From an uncultured Pseudomonadales bacterium (GTDB lineage Bacteria > Patescibacteriota > Microgenomatia > UBA1400 > UBA12108): DNA of 64,000 nt. Under the pieces are notes generated by a model. The model saw only the letters and a program-made list of their open reading frames with translations. It did not search any database and had not been told where the DNA came from. The stretch covers positions 9,092 to 73,091 of the forward strand of contig CAZCUC010000002.1 of the NCBI GenBank assembly GCA_964502225.1. The letters run 5' to 3'. Both the position numbers and the translations under genes were made by a program. Below are positions 27,324 to 36,695 of the stretch, in pieces; positions within the stretch are counted from its first letter, which is position 1, and the number at the start of each line of letters is the position of its first letter.

Positions 27324-28574
27324 ATGAAATATTCGAAAATGTTTGTCAAAACTTTAAAGACTGCACCCAGTGCGGCCGATACGGCGAACCACCGTCTACT
27401 TGTGCAGGCCGGATTTGTGCGCCAGGTCATGGCTGGAGTTTATACCTACCTCCCCTTGGGACTGCGGGTGCTGAACAAAATATCTAAAATTGTGCGCGAG
27501 GAGATGGATAATATCGGTGCCCAAGAAGTACTCATGCCACTACTTCACCCCTCTAGTTTGTGGAAGCAGACAGGGGCATGGGACAAGGCCGACGTATTAT
27601 TTAAAGTAAAAAGTCGGACTGATAAAGAATATGCATTAGCTATAAGCAATGAGGAGACAGTGACACCGCTCGCCAAAGAGTGGATTCATAGTGCTAAAGA
27701 TCTACCTCTAGCCATCTACCATATTAACTGGAAGTTCCGCGACGAGCTACGGTCAAAATCCGGTATTATGCGCGGGCGCGAGTTCCTCATGAAGGATATG
27801 TATAGTTTCCATGCTACCCAAGCGGATTTTGATACTTTTTATGCCAAAGCTAAAGTGGCTTACATGAATGTGTACAAACGATTGGGACTGGTCGCTAAAG
27901 CAACCGAAGCGTCGGGTGGGGCATTTACTGAGAAAGTCAGTTACGAGTTTGAAGTACTTACCGATGCGGGTGAAGCACCTGTTTTGTACTGCGACCAGTG
28001 TGACTACTGCGTGAACGTCGATGATATCAAAACCTACAAACTGGGTGATGAGTGCCCTATTTGCCACAAAGACAAACTAAAGTCGGCGATGGCATCTGAA
28101 GTGGGGAATGTGTTTGACCTAGGTCTGAAGTACTCCAAAGCGTTTGATCTCACTTTCAATAATGAAAGTGGAGAGAAAACCTACCCAATCATGGGTTGCT
28201 ACGGGATCGGGATCTCGCGCACTATGGGAGTGATAGTCGAAAAGTTCAATGATGCGCGTGGGATACTGTGGCCTGCCTCGATTGCGCCTTTTACTGTCCA
28301 CCTAGCGAGTCTAAACACAAATGATGAAGCGGTCATTAAGCGAGCGGATGAAGTGTATGAGCTCCTCACCAAAGCCGGTGTCGAGGTGCTCTATGATGAG
28401 CGAACAGATGTGGGTGCAGGGCAAAAACTGGGTGAAGCCGATATGATCGGTTGCCCTATCCGCGCGGTAGTATCCTCCAAAACTCAAGACAAAGTTGAAG
28501 TTAAGATGAGGAATGAGAAAGAAGCAAAATTAATGAGCGTGGAGGAGCTAATAAAGTTATGCTTAGAAAAATAG
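27324..28574 (+). CDS. proS: Prolyl-tRNA synthetase, bacterial type lacking the INS editing domain
   Basis: N-terminus FVKTLKTAP...HRLLVQAGFVRQ...GVYTYLPLGLRVLNKI parallels bacterial ProS. Class II motifs present. Only 416 aa. Confidence 0.8.
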   Translation: MKYSKMFVKTLKTAPSAADTANHRLLVQAGFVRQVMAGVYTYLPLGLRVLNKISKIVREEMDNIGAQEVLMPLLHPSSLWKQTGAWDKADVLFKVKSRTDKEYALAISNEETVTPLAKEWIHSAKDLPLAIYHINWKFRDELRSKSGIMRGREFLMKDMYSFHATQADFDTFYAKAKVAYMNVYKRLGLVAKATEASGGAFTEKVSYEFEVLTDAGEAPVLYCDQCDYCVNVDDIKTYKLGDECPICHKDKLKSAMASEVGNVFDLGLKYSKAFDLTFNNESGEKTYPIMGCYGIGISRTMGVIVEKFNDARGILWPASIAPFTVHLASLNTNDEAVIKRADEVYELLTKAGVEVLYDERTDVGAGQKLGEADMIGCPIRAVVSSKTQDKVEVKMRNEKEAKLMSVEELIKLCLEK

Positions 28575-28894
28575 TTGTTTTGATACTTTCAATTTTTATT
28601 GGACTTGCGTTTACTGCATTTTCAACCCGCTTAAATTTTAATGGTTTGACATTGTTTATGTCGAATCAGAATGGAGGTTGTGGAGACCACTGGGGTGGAT
28701 TACCTTTCGCGTATACCTACACCAGAGTAAAACCAACGCCACTCCCGATTGGTGGAATTATTCCTCAACCATTTTGTGTTGGAGTTAGCAATAACTTGCC
28801 AATGTTTATTGATTGGTTTATTTGGACTTTTGCTAGCTACGTTGGGATTGAATCAATCGTCAAACGAATGAAGCGACGCAGATCACAACATTGA
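28559..28894 (+). CDS. Hypothetical small membrane protein
   Basis: Two hydrophobic helices. Overlaps the proS 3' end. Confidence 0.3.
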   Translation: MLRKIVVLILSIFIGLAFTAFSTRLNFNGLTLFMSNQNGGCGDHWGGLPFAYTYTRVKPTPLPIGGIIPQPFCVGVSNNLPMFIDWFIWTFASYVGIESIVKRMKRRRSQH

Positions 28895-28903
28895 GAACGG
28901 TCT

Positions 28904-30325
28904 TCAGTTTACAGAGGACAGGCGGGCAAGCACTTTTTCACGACCGAGAACTTGCATGGTTTCAAAAAGTGGAGGAGTGGCGGTCTTGCCGGTCACGGCT
29001 ATGCGGAGCATCATGAAGTATTGACCTGGCTTCCAGCCATTGGCCTCGGCGAGTGATCTAACTTTTTGCTCGATGTTTTCATGCGTCCAAACTTCTTTAT
29101 CAAGTCCTTCTAGTGCAGACCTAGTGGCGGAGAGCTGAGTAGCAACTTCTTCGGTAGTTGATTTTTTGGTCAGGACTGTTTGATCAACATTGATGTCGCG
29201 GTAGAAGAAAGTGGTGAGCTCCTCGAAATCCTTGAGGGTGACTAGGCGTTCTTTGATCAGGGGAAGAATCTGTGGGACAAGGGTATGTGGACAGTCGGAT
29301 GGGACAAAGGGAGCAAGACGCTTGGTAAGCTCTGTGTCTTCCATCTCGCGGATGTACATGCCGTTGTACCAGTTGAGCTTGTCGATATCAAAGACAGGAG
29401 CGGTGAGGGCTATCCGCTCGATCGTAAAGGTGCGAACAAATTCTTCCATATCGAAAATATCTTTTTTCTCCGGATGCGACCAACTCATGAGTGCAAGAAA
29501 GTTGAGCATAGCTTCTGGTAGGTATCCCTTGTCGCGATATGAAAGGACTGAAACATCATTTTTCCGCTTGCTCATTTTGGAGTGATCTTTGTTCCTGATC
29601 ACGGGTAGGTGCACGAAGATGGGCAGATCCCAGCCAAATGCCTCGTAAATAAGGACGTGCTTGGGGGTGGAAGAGAGCCATTCTTCACCCCGAATAATGT
29701 GGGTGACTTCCATGAGATGGTCATCTACTACTACACCCAAATGGTAAGTGGGGTAACCGTCGGATTTGAGGAGCACTTGGTCATCGATGCCAGAGTTTTG
29801 GAACTCGATGGGACCGCGAATGGCATCCTGGCAGATAGTGACGCCCGTTTCTGGGACTTTGAGGCGGATGACATATGATTCTCCGGCGGCGACGCGCTTT
29901 TTGGCTTCGTCTAAATCTATATTGCGACAAAATTTGTCGTAGCGTGGCAATTCTTTTTTTGCTTGCTGATCAGCACGTACCTGATCGAGGCGCTCTTTGG
30001 TACAGAAGCAGTAATAGGCTTTGCCGTTTTCGATCAGATCCTTGACGTGTTTTTGGTAGCTGGGTAGACACTCGGACTGGATGTAGGGAGCGTGAGGACC
30101 ACCGACGTTAGGCCCTTCATCATTGTCGATACCTAACCAAGCGAGTGCTTCAAAAATAACGTTTACGGCACCCTCTACCAACCTAGTCCTATCCGTATCT
30201 TCGATGCGAATGATAAACTGGCCGCCACTTTGACGGGCCAGTGCCCAGTTGCGCATGGCAGTATAGGCAGTACCTAGATGGAGCATGCCAGTGGGTGAGG
30301 GAGCGATGCGTGTACGTACAGACAT
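28904..30325 (-). CDS. gltX: Glutamyl-tRNA synthetase
   Basis: PSPTGMLHLG (HIGH) and KMSKR motifs. Start set at the internal Met MSVRTR (30325). Confidence 0.88.
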   Translation of the reverse strand: MSVRTRIAPSPTGMLHLGTAYTAMRNWALARQSGGQFIIRIEDTDRTRLVEGAVNVIFEALAWLGIDNDEGPNVGGPHAPYIQSECLPSYQKHVKDLIENGKAYYCFCTKERLDQVRADQQAKKELPRYDKFCRNIDLDEAKKRVAAGESYVIRLKVPETGVTICQDAIRGPIEFQNSGIDDQVLLKSDGYPTYHLGVVVDDHLMEVTHIIRGEEWLSSTPKHVLIYEAFGWDLPIFVHLPVIRNKDHSKMSKRKNDVSVLSYRDKGYLPEAMLNFLALMSWSHPEKKDIFDMEEFVRTFTIERIALTAPVFDIDKLNWYNGMYIREMEDTELTKRLAPFVPSDCPHTLVPQILPLIKERLVTLKDFEELTTFFYRDINVDQTVLTKKSTTEEVATQLSATRSALEGLDKEVWTHENIEQKVRSLAEANGWKPGQYFMMLRIAVTGKTATPPLFETMQVLGREKVLARLSSVN

Positions 30326-30347
30326 AGAAGTATTATATACTAGGGAT

Positions 30348-31397
30348 ATGGCTAATTTAGGCGAAACAGCGATTGTGGCGCGAAAAGCGATCAAGTTTGG
30401 TGGATTTGCTCTAGTGTTTTTGATGGTGGGGAGGATAGTCCTCACCGCTTCGGTTGCATATTGGAAGAAACTGCACCCTGCCCCACCCCCACCACCAGAC
30501 GTGTTGTTTGGCAAACTCCCCAAAATTGTATTCCCGCAGGCCCAGACAGCGAGCTATACATATTCGCTAGAAACACCTACCGGAGGACTGCCCACTCGAC
30601 TACCTAATCAGTTTAAAGTCTTTTTCATGCCGATTAAAAAAGCGAATTTGTTGGCTTATGACGCAGCGGCGGCAGTTGCGACACGACTAGATTTTATCCA
30701 AGAGTCAAAAAAATTGTCTGAGACAGAGTACCGCTGGGACTCAACTGATCCAATCGCGGCGTCGCTGACAATCAATATTATTACCGGAGCTTTTACTCTG
30801 GATAAACGCTGGCAAGATGACCCCAGCTACACAACCCCGACAATCTACTACTCAGATGATCAAGCCATGGAGAGAATGTTGAACTTGCTCTCTAGGGTAG
30901 AGCTATTGCCAGACGATATCAAAGATGGCAAACCGACAGTGCAGTATCTAAAGGCAGATAAAGATCAACTCGTTTCGGCAGTCTCTCTGTCTCAGGCCCA
31001 TTTTGTCCAAGTAAATTTGTATAGAGCACCGGTTGATGGAGTTGAAGTAGTAAATCCCAGCTCAAAACAAGGTCTAATTACAGGTGTCCTGGCCCTCCAG
31101 AGGGAAGATGCTAGGCAGTTTGTCAATTTGCAGTACAACTATTTCCCGGTCGATCTGACCAGATCTGCGGTTTACCCGTTGATTGGAGTAGCAGAGGCGT
31201 GGCAAAGATTACAAAAAGGCGGCGGATTTGTAGCTGGGGTAAAACCAAATACTACAAATGTCGTAATCCGAGATATCACCCTGCAATATTATGACGCCGA
31301 TACTCCCCAACAATTTATGCAACCGGTATATGTCTTTATTGGTGACCCTGATTTTGTTGCCTATGTACCGGCAGTTGCTGATGCGTGGATAGAATAA
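30348..31397 (+). CDS. Hypothetical membrane-anchored protein (N-terminal TM, large extracytoplasmic domain)
   Basis: TM FGGFALVFLMVGRIVLTASVAYW followed by a Pro-rich linker. No motif recognised. Start at Met 30348. Confidence 0.4.
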   Translation: MANLGETAIVARKAIKFGGFALVFLMVGRIVLTASVAYWKKLHPAPPPPPDVLFGKLPKIVFPQAQTASYTYSLETPTGGLPTRLPNQFKVFFMPIKKANLLAYDAAAAVATRLDFIQESKKLSETEYRWDSTDPIAASLTINIITGAFTLDKRWQDDPSYTTPTIYYSDDQAMERMLNLLSRVELLPDDIKDGKPTVQYLKADKDQLVSAVSLSQAHFVQVNLYRAPVDGVEVVNPSSKQGLITGVLALQREDARQFVNLQYNYFPVDLTRSAVYPLIGVAEAWQRLQKGGGFVAGVKPNTTNVVIRDITLQYYDADTPQQFMQPVYVFIGDPDFVAYVPAVADAWIE

Positions 31398-31436
31398 AAA
31401 TCTCAAATCCTAAATTCTCAAATTCTCAAATGATGA

Positions 31437-32723
31437 TTATGGGCGCAAGCGTTTGACATCTCGTGGCAAGAACGTGGCCTCTTTGACACTAGCTAATCCC
31501 AAGATTTGCGCGACGATGCGACCTGGTCCAATGCCAACCCCACCGTGTGGAGGACAACCAAATTTGAAGAACTTCAAATAATCCGATAATGATTCTTCCG
31601 TTAAGCCTTTTTCTGCCGCTTGCTTGACTAGCATGTCGTAGCGATGCTCGCGCTGGGCACCGGTTGTAATTTCAACCCCTTTGTAGAGTAAATCAAAGCC
31701 TTTGGTTAAACCAGTTGCCTCATCACGCATATGGTAAAAGGCGCGGTTATCTTTGGGATAATCGGTGATAAAGACAAACTCACTACCAGTTTCTTCTTTG
31801 ACTATTTTGCAGATACCCCGCTCTTCGTCAGGCGAGAGGTCACCAGCTTTTTCACTGCTTATACCGGCTTGCTTGAGTTTGTTTTTTGCTTCAGCAAAGG
31901 GAATGCGAGCAAATGGGACCTTGATCTCCTCATCAATTAATCCGGCCGTCAATAAATTGGCAAAACCTGATTTGAGCATCGCCTCTTCGGTGTCCATTAT
32001 GTCGTGATGTGAATTAATATAGGCGATCTCAAAGTCCCAGCCAGTAAACTCGGTCATGTGGCGGGTAGTAAAGCTGAGCTCGGCGCGAAAAACAGGTCCT
32101 ACCATAAAGATTTTTTCAAACCCACTAGCAATGGCCATTTGCTTGTAAAACTGCGGCGATTGAGCAAGGTAAGCTTTTCCTTCAAAATACTTAACCTCAA
32201 ATACTTCTGCCCCAGATTCGCTGGCTGCGCTCATTAAAGCTGGAGAGTAGATTTGGGTAAAATTGTTCTTGGCAAAATACTCGCGTATCCCCTGTTCGAG
32301 TACAGTCCAGACACGGAAGATTTTATGAGATTCGCTTTTGCGCAGATCGAGCCAGCGCCAGTCAAAACGATTAGTGACGTCGACGTCGGCAGCACCTTTT
32401 TCTAAGGCTACAGGAATGGGGAGCTGGGCGTCGGATACTGAGAGCACTGTGGCTTTCAAACCGTCAATTTCAAACCCTTCTTGGACTTGTTTGGATTCTT
32501 TAACTAATCCTTCAATCTCCACAACAGATTCGAGCGAGAGATCTTTGACCACGGCGAACACATCTGCGTTCCAGGTACCACTCACTACCTGGACTGAGCC
32601 AGTCTCGTCGCGTAGACGCAGGAAAGCGATCTTGCCCTGGTTGCGGAGACTATGGGCAAAGCCAGCAACTGTGACAGTTTCACCGATTTTTGTTGATAGC
32701 TCTTTGACTTGGACTCTTTTCAT
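31437..32723 (-). CDS. Class IIb aminoacyl-tRNA synthetase, archaeal-type AspRS or AsnRS
   Basis: N-terminal OB anticodon-binding domain, motif 2 FRAE, C-terminal GGVGIGPGRIVAQILG motif 3, about 430 aa. Confidence 0.8.
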   Translation of the reverse strand: MKRVQVKELSTKIGETVTVAGFAHSLRNQGKIAFLRLRDETGSVQVVSGTWNADVFAVVKDLSLESVVEIEGLVKESKQVQEGFEIDGLKATVLSVSDAQLPIPVALEKGAADVDVTNRFDWRWLDLRKSESHKIFRVWTVLEQGIREYFAKNNFTQIYSPALMSAASESGAEVFEVKYFEGKAYLAQSPQFYKQMAIASGFEKIFMVGPVFRAELSFTTRHMTEFTGWDFEIAYINSHHDIMDTEEAMLKSGFANLLTAGLIDEEIKVPFARIPFAEAKNKLKQAGISSEKAGDLSPDEERGICKIVKEETGSEFVFITDYPKDNRAFYHMRDEATGLTKGFDLLYKGVEITTGAQREHRYDMLVKQAAEKGLTEESLSDYLKFFKFGCPPHGGVGIGPGRIVAQILGLASVKEATFLPRDVKRLRP

Positions 32724-32737
32724 ATAGCGATTATAGC

Positions 32738-33700
32738 TTAGAGATCAGGAGTTATCCAACTATGGTGGGAGTAAGCCCAGTCGATGAGTTTGGCAGAATC
32801 GCCGAATCTATCGAGGGAACCCAAGACTACGACGACAATTTTGTGCCCATCTCGCTCTACATAACTCACGAGACACTCCCCTGCGGCAGTAGTCCAGCCG
32901 GTTTTGAGTCCGATCATACCTGGTACAACTCCCAAGAGTTCGTTGGTGGTTTCGAGCTTGTGGGTGATGGTGCCAGCAACATCTGTCACGGTCACAAATT
33001 TTGTACTTGCCATGTCGGCAATGATCGGATTATCCATGGCAACCGAGGCTAGGATCGCCAGATCGCGAGCTGTGGTTGTGTGACCGTATTGCTCAACCCC
33101 AGATGGGTTTTTGAAGGTTGTATGGTCAAGATGGAGCTCCCCTGCTTTGTCGTTCATAGCTTTGACAAAAGCGGTGTATCCACCAGGGTAGTTATCGGCT
33201 ACGGCGAGGGCCGCGTCGTTGCCCGAATGTACGATCAAACCATAAAGAATGTTTTTGAGCGTGATAGTCTCGCCTTTTTCGAGATCGATGGTTTGACCGA
33301 TAGCTCGGTCTTCATTTTTGACTGTAATCTGAGTGTCTAGATCACTCCAGTGCTCCAGGGCAACGAGGGCAGTCATGACTTTGGTGATAGATGCAGGCAG
33401 GAGGAGGGTGTCGGGATTTTTGCTATACAAAATGGTCTTGCTTCCGACGTCTTGGATAACGACTGCTCTGGCGGTAGTGTAGGGAGCTTTGATACCGCCT
33501 GATATTGGGTAGAGTAAAGGCGTGATCTCGCTGAGACTATAGGCACGGATAGGTCCAGGATGTAAAACTATTGTTTGGAGCTGGTTGTGACCAGGATAAA
33601 GGAACGCAAGGAGATAGAGGCTAGATGCGAGGAGATAGTGAGATGGAGGCAATCTCAGCAGAAACGAAATAAATGTTGAAAAAGATTTAAAGTTCCACAT
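32738..33700 (-). CDS. D-alanyl-D-alanine carboxypeptidase (peptidase S11, PBP5-like)
   Basis: SITKVMTA (SxxK), HSGND (SxN) motifs and a KTG-like region. Confidence 0.75.
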   Translation of the reverse strand: MWNFKSFSTFISFLLRLPPSHYLLASSLYLLAFLYPGHNQLQTIVLHPGPIRAYSLSEITPLLYPISGGIKAPYTTARAVVIQDVGSKTILYSKNPDTLLLPASITKVMTALVALEHWSDLDTQITVKNEDRAIGQTIDLEKGETITLKNILYGLIVHSGNDAALAVADNYPGGYTAFVKAMNDKAGELHLDHTTFKNPSGVEQYGHTTTARDLAILASVAMDNPIIADMASTKFVTVTDVAGTITHKLETTNELLGVVPGMIGLKTGWTTAAGECLVSYVERDGHKIVVVVLGSLDRFGDSAKLIDWAYSHHSWITPDL

Positions 33701-35354
33701 AGCTACCGATCAGTTGGAGTGATTCTTTGTTCTGCCAAACATTAATATCGATCGTACAAATTAGCGCTTTAATATACTTTAAGGGGTAGTCTTCTTTGGC
33801 GTTAAAAAGCATTAGTTCACGGGTTGTCCCGTTTTGCTCGACCGTAAGTTTGCGGTGCTTCCCTTCTGCCCCCAGTTTTCTATCCTCGAGGACCGTAAGA
33901 TTTTCTAAGAGAAATTTGGGTTTTTGGTTTCTCATCCCAAATGGCTCGAGTGTATGGAGTAGCTTGGCGAGTGAGAGCGAGGTTGATGAAAGAGGGAGAC
34001 TCAGGTCGGCCGAGTGTGATTTGAGCAGTAAACTATCGGCAATCGTGGTATCGGCTAGTTGCTCGAGCTCGTCCTTCATGGGAGCCACTTGATCTTTAGC
34101 CAAACTAAAACCGGCGGCTTGATCGTGTCCGCCCAGTCCGAGGAAAGGAGTTTGGAGGGAACGGAGTAGATCGGTGATGTTGACACCACTGACCGATCTT
34201 GCGGATCCTTTGATCACGTCACCATTGTCGCTCATGACTACGGCTGGGCGATGGAATAGTTCGGTCAATTTACCAGCTACGAGTCCTATCACGCCTTCGT
34301 GATAGTCGCCAGTTACAACAATAATTTTGTGAGCGATATCCTTGCCTACGACCATTTTGAGCGCACGGTCGGTATATTCTTGCCGATCTTTGTTGTGTGA
34401 TTCTATTTTTCCCGCTAAAACCTGAGAGATTTCTGGATTACTACTGCAGAGGAGCCTCAAGGCATCGAGAGGATTGTATATCCGACCAGAAGCATTGATC
34501 CGTGGCGCAATACCAAAACTGATATCGTAGGTGGTGAGCGACTTTTCTGCCACACCCATGACGGTCTTCATGGCAATTAAACCTACCCGCTTGGTATGAG
34601 ATAGCAGTTTGAGCCCGTGGGCGGCAATTGACCGGTTGAGCCCAGTCAAAGGCATCATGTCGGCAACTACTCCGATTGTGACGAGATCTAGTAACTGCAT
34701 ACCTGGTTCTCCAAGGAGATACATGGCAAAAATCCAAGCTACACCTGCACCGGAGGTGTGGAGCGTGTGGATGATCGCAGTCGCAGGAGGCAAACCAACC
34801 TCTAGGGGTAAGTGATGATCGGTGACGATTACATCGATACCTGCATCGCGAAATGACTTGATACCGGCGTGGGCTACTATCCCAGTATCCACCGTGATAA
34901 TAAGTTTGGGTGAGAAATCCTTGTATTGCCCTGTCCCAAAGGCTGTACCCGTGATTACTTCACCCACTGCCTTGTCTCCTAGGCCATAGCCGTGTTTGTG
35001 TCGGTCTGGGATAAAAGGCAAGATACGTGAGCTCGAGCTTTGCTGTTTGGCGTAGGCAGTGATGGTCTGCCACATGATGGCGCAACTGGTGACCCCATCG
35101 GCGTCGTAATCGCCAAAAACACAGATATCATGACCGAGGGAAATGTGGGCATCTAGTATTTTCTTGGCTTTTGTGAGGACTGTTTTGGTTATCCCAGATT
35201 CTTTGAGGAGATATTCTAGTGAGGGCTCGGGTGGGTGGAGAAATGCGTCTTGTTCTTTGGCTGTTTTGTATCCCCGACTTTCCAATATGGCCTCAAAAAT
35301 CTCTTGAGCGTTTGCCCCATCTTTCACTTTTGTTTTGATTTTGATATCAGTCAT
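33687..35354 (-). CDS. recJ: Single-stranded-DNA-specific exonuclease RecJ
   Basis: DHH-family motifs DYDADGVTS, VTDHH, GGHDQAAG. Start ambiguous: 35354 (MTDIKIK) places the palindromic motif upstream, whereas 35399 would run through it. Confidence 0.85.
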   Translation of the reverse strand: MTDIKIKTKVKDGANAQEIFEAILESRGYKTAKEQDAFLHPPEPSLEYLLKESGITKTVLTKAKKILDAHISLGHDICVFGDYDADGVTSCAIMWQTITAYAKQQSSSSRILPFIPDRHKHGYGLGDKAVGEVITGTAFGTGQYKDFSPKLIITVDTGIVAHAGIKSFRDAGIDVIVTDHHLPLEVGLPPATAIIHTLHTSGAGVAWIFAMYLLGEPGMQLLDLVTIGVVADMMPLTGLNRSIAAHGLKLLSHTKRVGLIAMKTVMGVAEKSLTTYDISFGIAPRINASGRIYNPLDALRLLCSSNPEISQVLAGKIESHNKDRQEYTDRALKMVVGKDIAHKIIVVTGDYHEGVIGLVAGKLTELFHRPAVVMSDNGDVIKGSARSVSGVNITDLLRSLQTPFLGLGGHDQAAGFSLAKDQVAPMKDELEQLADTTIADSLLLKSHSADLSLPLSSTSLSLAKLLHTLEPFGMRNQKPKFLLENLTVLEDRKLGAEGKHRKLTVEQNGTTRELMLFNAKEDYPLKYIKALICTIDINVWQNKESLQLIGSYVEL

Positions 35355-35361
35355 AGATTTT

Positions 35362-35387
35362 ATTCCGTTGAATCGATTCAACGGAAT
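35362..35387. promoter_or_regulatory. 26-bp perfect palindrome ATTCCGTTGAATCGATTCAACGGAAT (copy 1 of 3)
   Basis: Seen directly in the sequence. Lies 7 nt upstream of the recJ Met 35354. Confidence 0.6.
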
Positions 35388-35388
35388 A

Positions 35389-36108
35389 TTATTTTTCAAG
35401 AATAAATTTAGTAGCTAAGTTTAGCATTTCTAGCCAGGCTACTTTCTCAATATCGCTCGTGGGTCTGAGCATAGGGTGGCCATAGCCACTGATCTCGTGG
35501 AATTGAGGATGTAAAGCTGACTCTCTAAAAGAAGTTTTCACTCCCTCTGGGATTACTTTGTCATCTAATCCGTAAATAATCAACGTGTGGCTTAAATACT
35601 TCTTCAAGTCTGTAAATGCTCCACTGGAATTCCAGTTCTCAGGTTTATTAATAATTTCTGTAAAGTCTGGACCAAAAGGCTGTGATTCTGCCTCTAATCC
35701 ATACGCGGCCGCTGATTGGAGTATTAAACCTTTGATCTTTAGATGTTTGGAAATCAATCTACAGGCTATGTGTCCACCCATGCTGGATCCCCAAAGATAT
35801 ATTTGATTCTCGGATAATCCTGTTGTATTAATAAAATATTGCAAGGCTGATTCGGCATCGATTAATCGGTCGTTGAGAGTACTGTTTGTCAGATATCCTT
35901 CACTATTTCCGCAACCTCTAAAGCTAAATGCTAGGCTAATAATCCCCTGATTGGCTAGGTATGCCTGCACTTCCCCATATCGCTCAGCATCAGCGTGACC
36001 GCCCCCATGAAAAAAAATGACTCCCTTTTTGACTGTGGGATTGGGTGTCACCAAGACGCCATCGAGTAATAGGTTGTTGGATTTAATTTTTAAGTGCGTA
36101 GTATTCAT
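35389..36108 (-). CDS. Alpha/beta hydrolase (dienelactone hydrolase/peptidase S9-like)
   Basis: WGSSMGGHIA nucleophile elbow and a HGG-type oxyanion region (FFHGGGH). Confidence 0.65.
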   Translation of the reverse strand: MNTTHLKIKSNNLLLDGVLVTPNPTVKKGVIFFHGGGHADAERYGEVQAYLANQGIISLAFSFRGCGNSEGYLTNSTLNDRLIDAESALQYFINTTGLSENQIYLWGSSMGGHIACRLISKHLKIKGLILQSAAAYGLEAESQPFGPDFTEIINKPENWNSSGAFTDLKKYLSHTLIIYGLDDKVIPEGVKTSFRESALHPQFHEISGYGHPMLRPTSDIEKVAWLEMLNLATKFILEK

Positions 36109-36116
36109 ATACTTGT

Positions 36117-36142
36117 ATTCCGTTGTATCGATACAATAGAAT
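36117..36142. promoter_or_regulatory. 26-bp palindromic motif ATTCCGTTGTATCGATACAATAGAAT (copy 2 of 3)
   Basis: Lies 8 nt upstream of the hydrolase start codon (36108) and downstream of the HTH gene. Confidence 0.6.
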
Positions 36143-36150
36143 ATTTGATT

Positions 36151-36603
36151 CTACCTCAGTTGACTTCGAAGGTTGCGGGATTTTAGGCGTGTGACTTTTT
36201 CATTTCCAGCTTTTTGCCAGTTACGGTACTTGCCGGGAGGCAATTTGTCTAAGATAGCCTCTATCTGGTCAAAAAACTGTTGCCAATCTTTTTTGAGATC
36301 AAGCAATCCTAAGGCTTTTCTTGTGGTTGGACTGGCGTTTTTGAGCCAACTACTGACACTCATGACGGCGGAGTTACTGACAAATAAAGTATCCTTGATA
36401 TGTTCCACTTTCTGTCCACGCATGAGTAACACCATTATCATGAACCTTTTGCTTAACATTATTTTTTCCGTCTGTGTCAAAAAGTCGTTTAAAAACTCAT
36501 AAAATCCATTTTTTGCAGAGATTAGTGAAGCAAACTCACAAAGTTCTCCAAAAATGAGTTTTTCCATCTCTGGCTGGAGCTGATGCCTAGAAATCTGGGT
36601 CAT
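36151..36603 (-). CDS. TrpR/YerC-YecD-like helix-turn-helix protein
   Basis: SKRFMIMVLLMRGQKVEHIKDTLFVSNSAVMSVSSWLK resembles the TrpR-family HTH (ER..I..LL..G.SYREIA...GVS.ATITRGS..LK). Confidence 0.5.
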   Translation of the reverse strand: MTQISRHQLQPEMEKLIFGELCEFASLISAKNGFYEFLNDFLTQTEKIMLSKRFMIMVLLMRGQKVEHIKDTLFVSNSAVMSVSSWLKNASPTTRKALGLLDLKKDWQQFFDQIEAILDKLPPGKYRNWQKAGNEKVTRLKSRNLRSQLR

Positions 36604-36610
36604 ATTTTTT

Positions 36611-36636
36611 ATTCCGATCTATCGATACAACGGAAT
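36611..36636. promoter_or_regulatory. 26-bp palindromic motif ATTCCGATCTATCGATACAACGGAAT (copy 3 of 3)
   Basis: Lies 7 nt upstream of the HTH gene start (36603), in the region divergent from cca. Confidence 0.6.
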
Positions 36637-36695
36637 GAAACTAATTGAGTCTCATTACATGATACACCCCTAGTAGGCGTGGTAGACTATATGCT

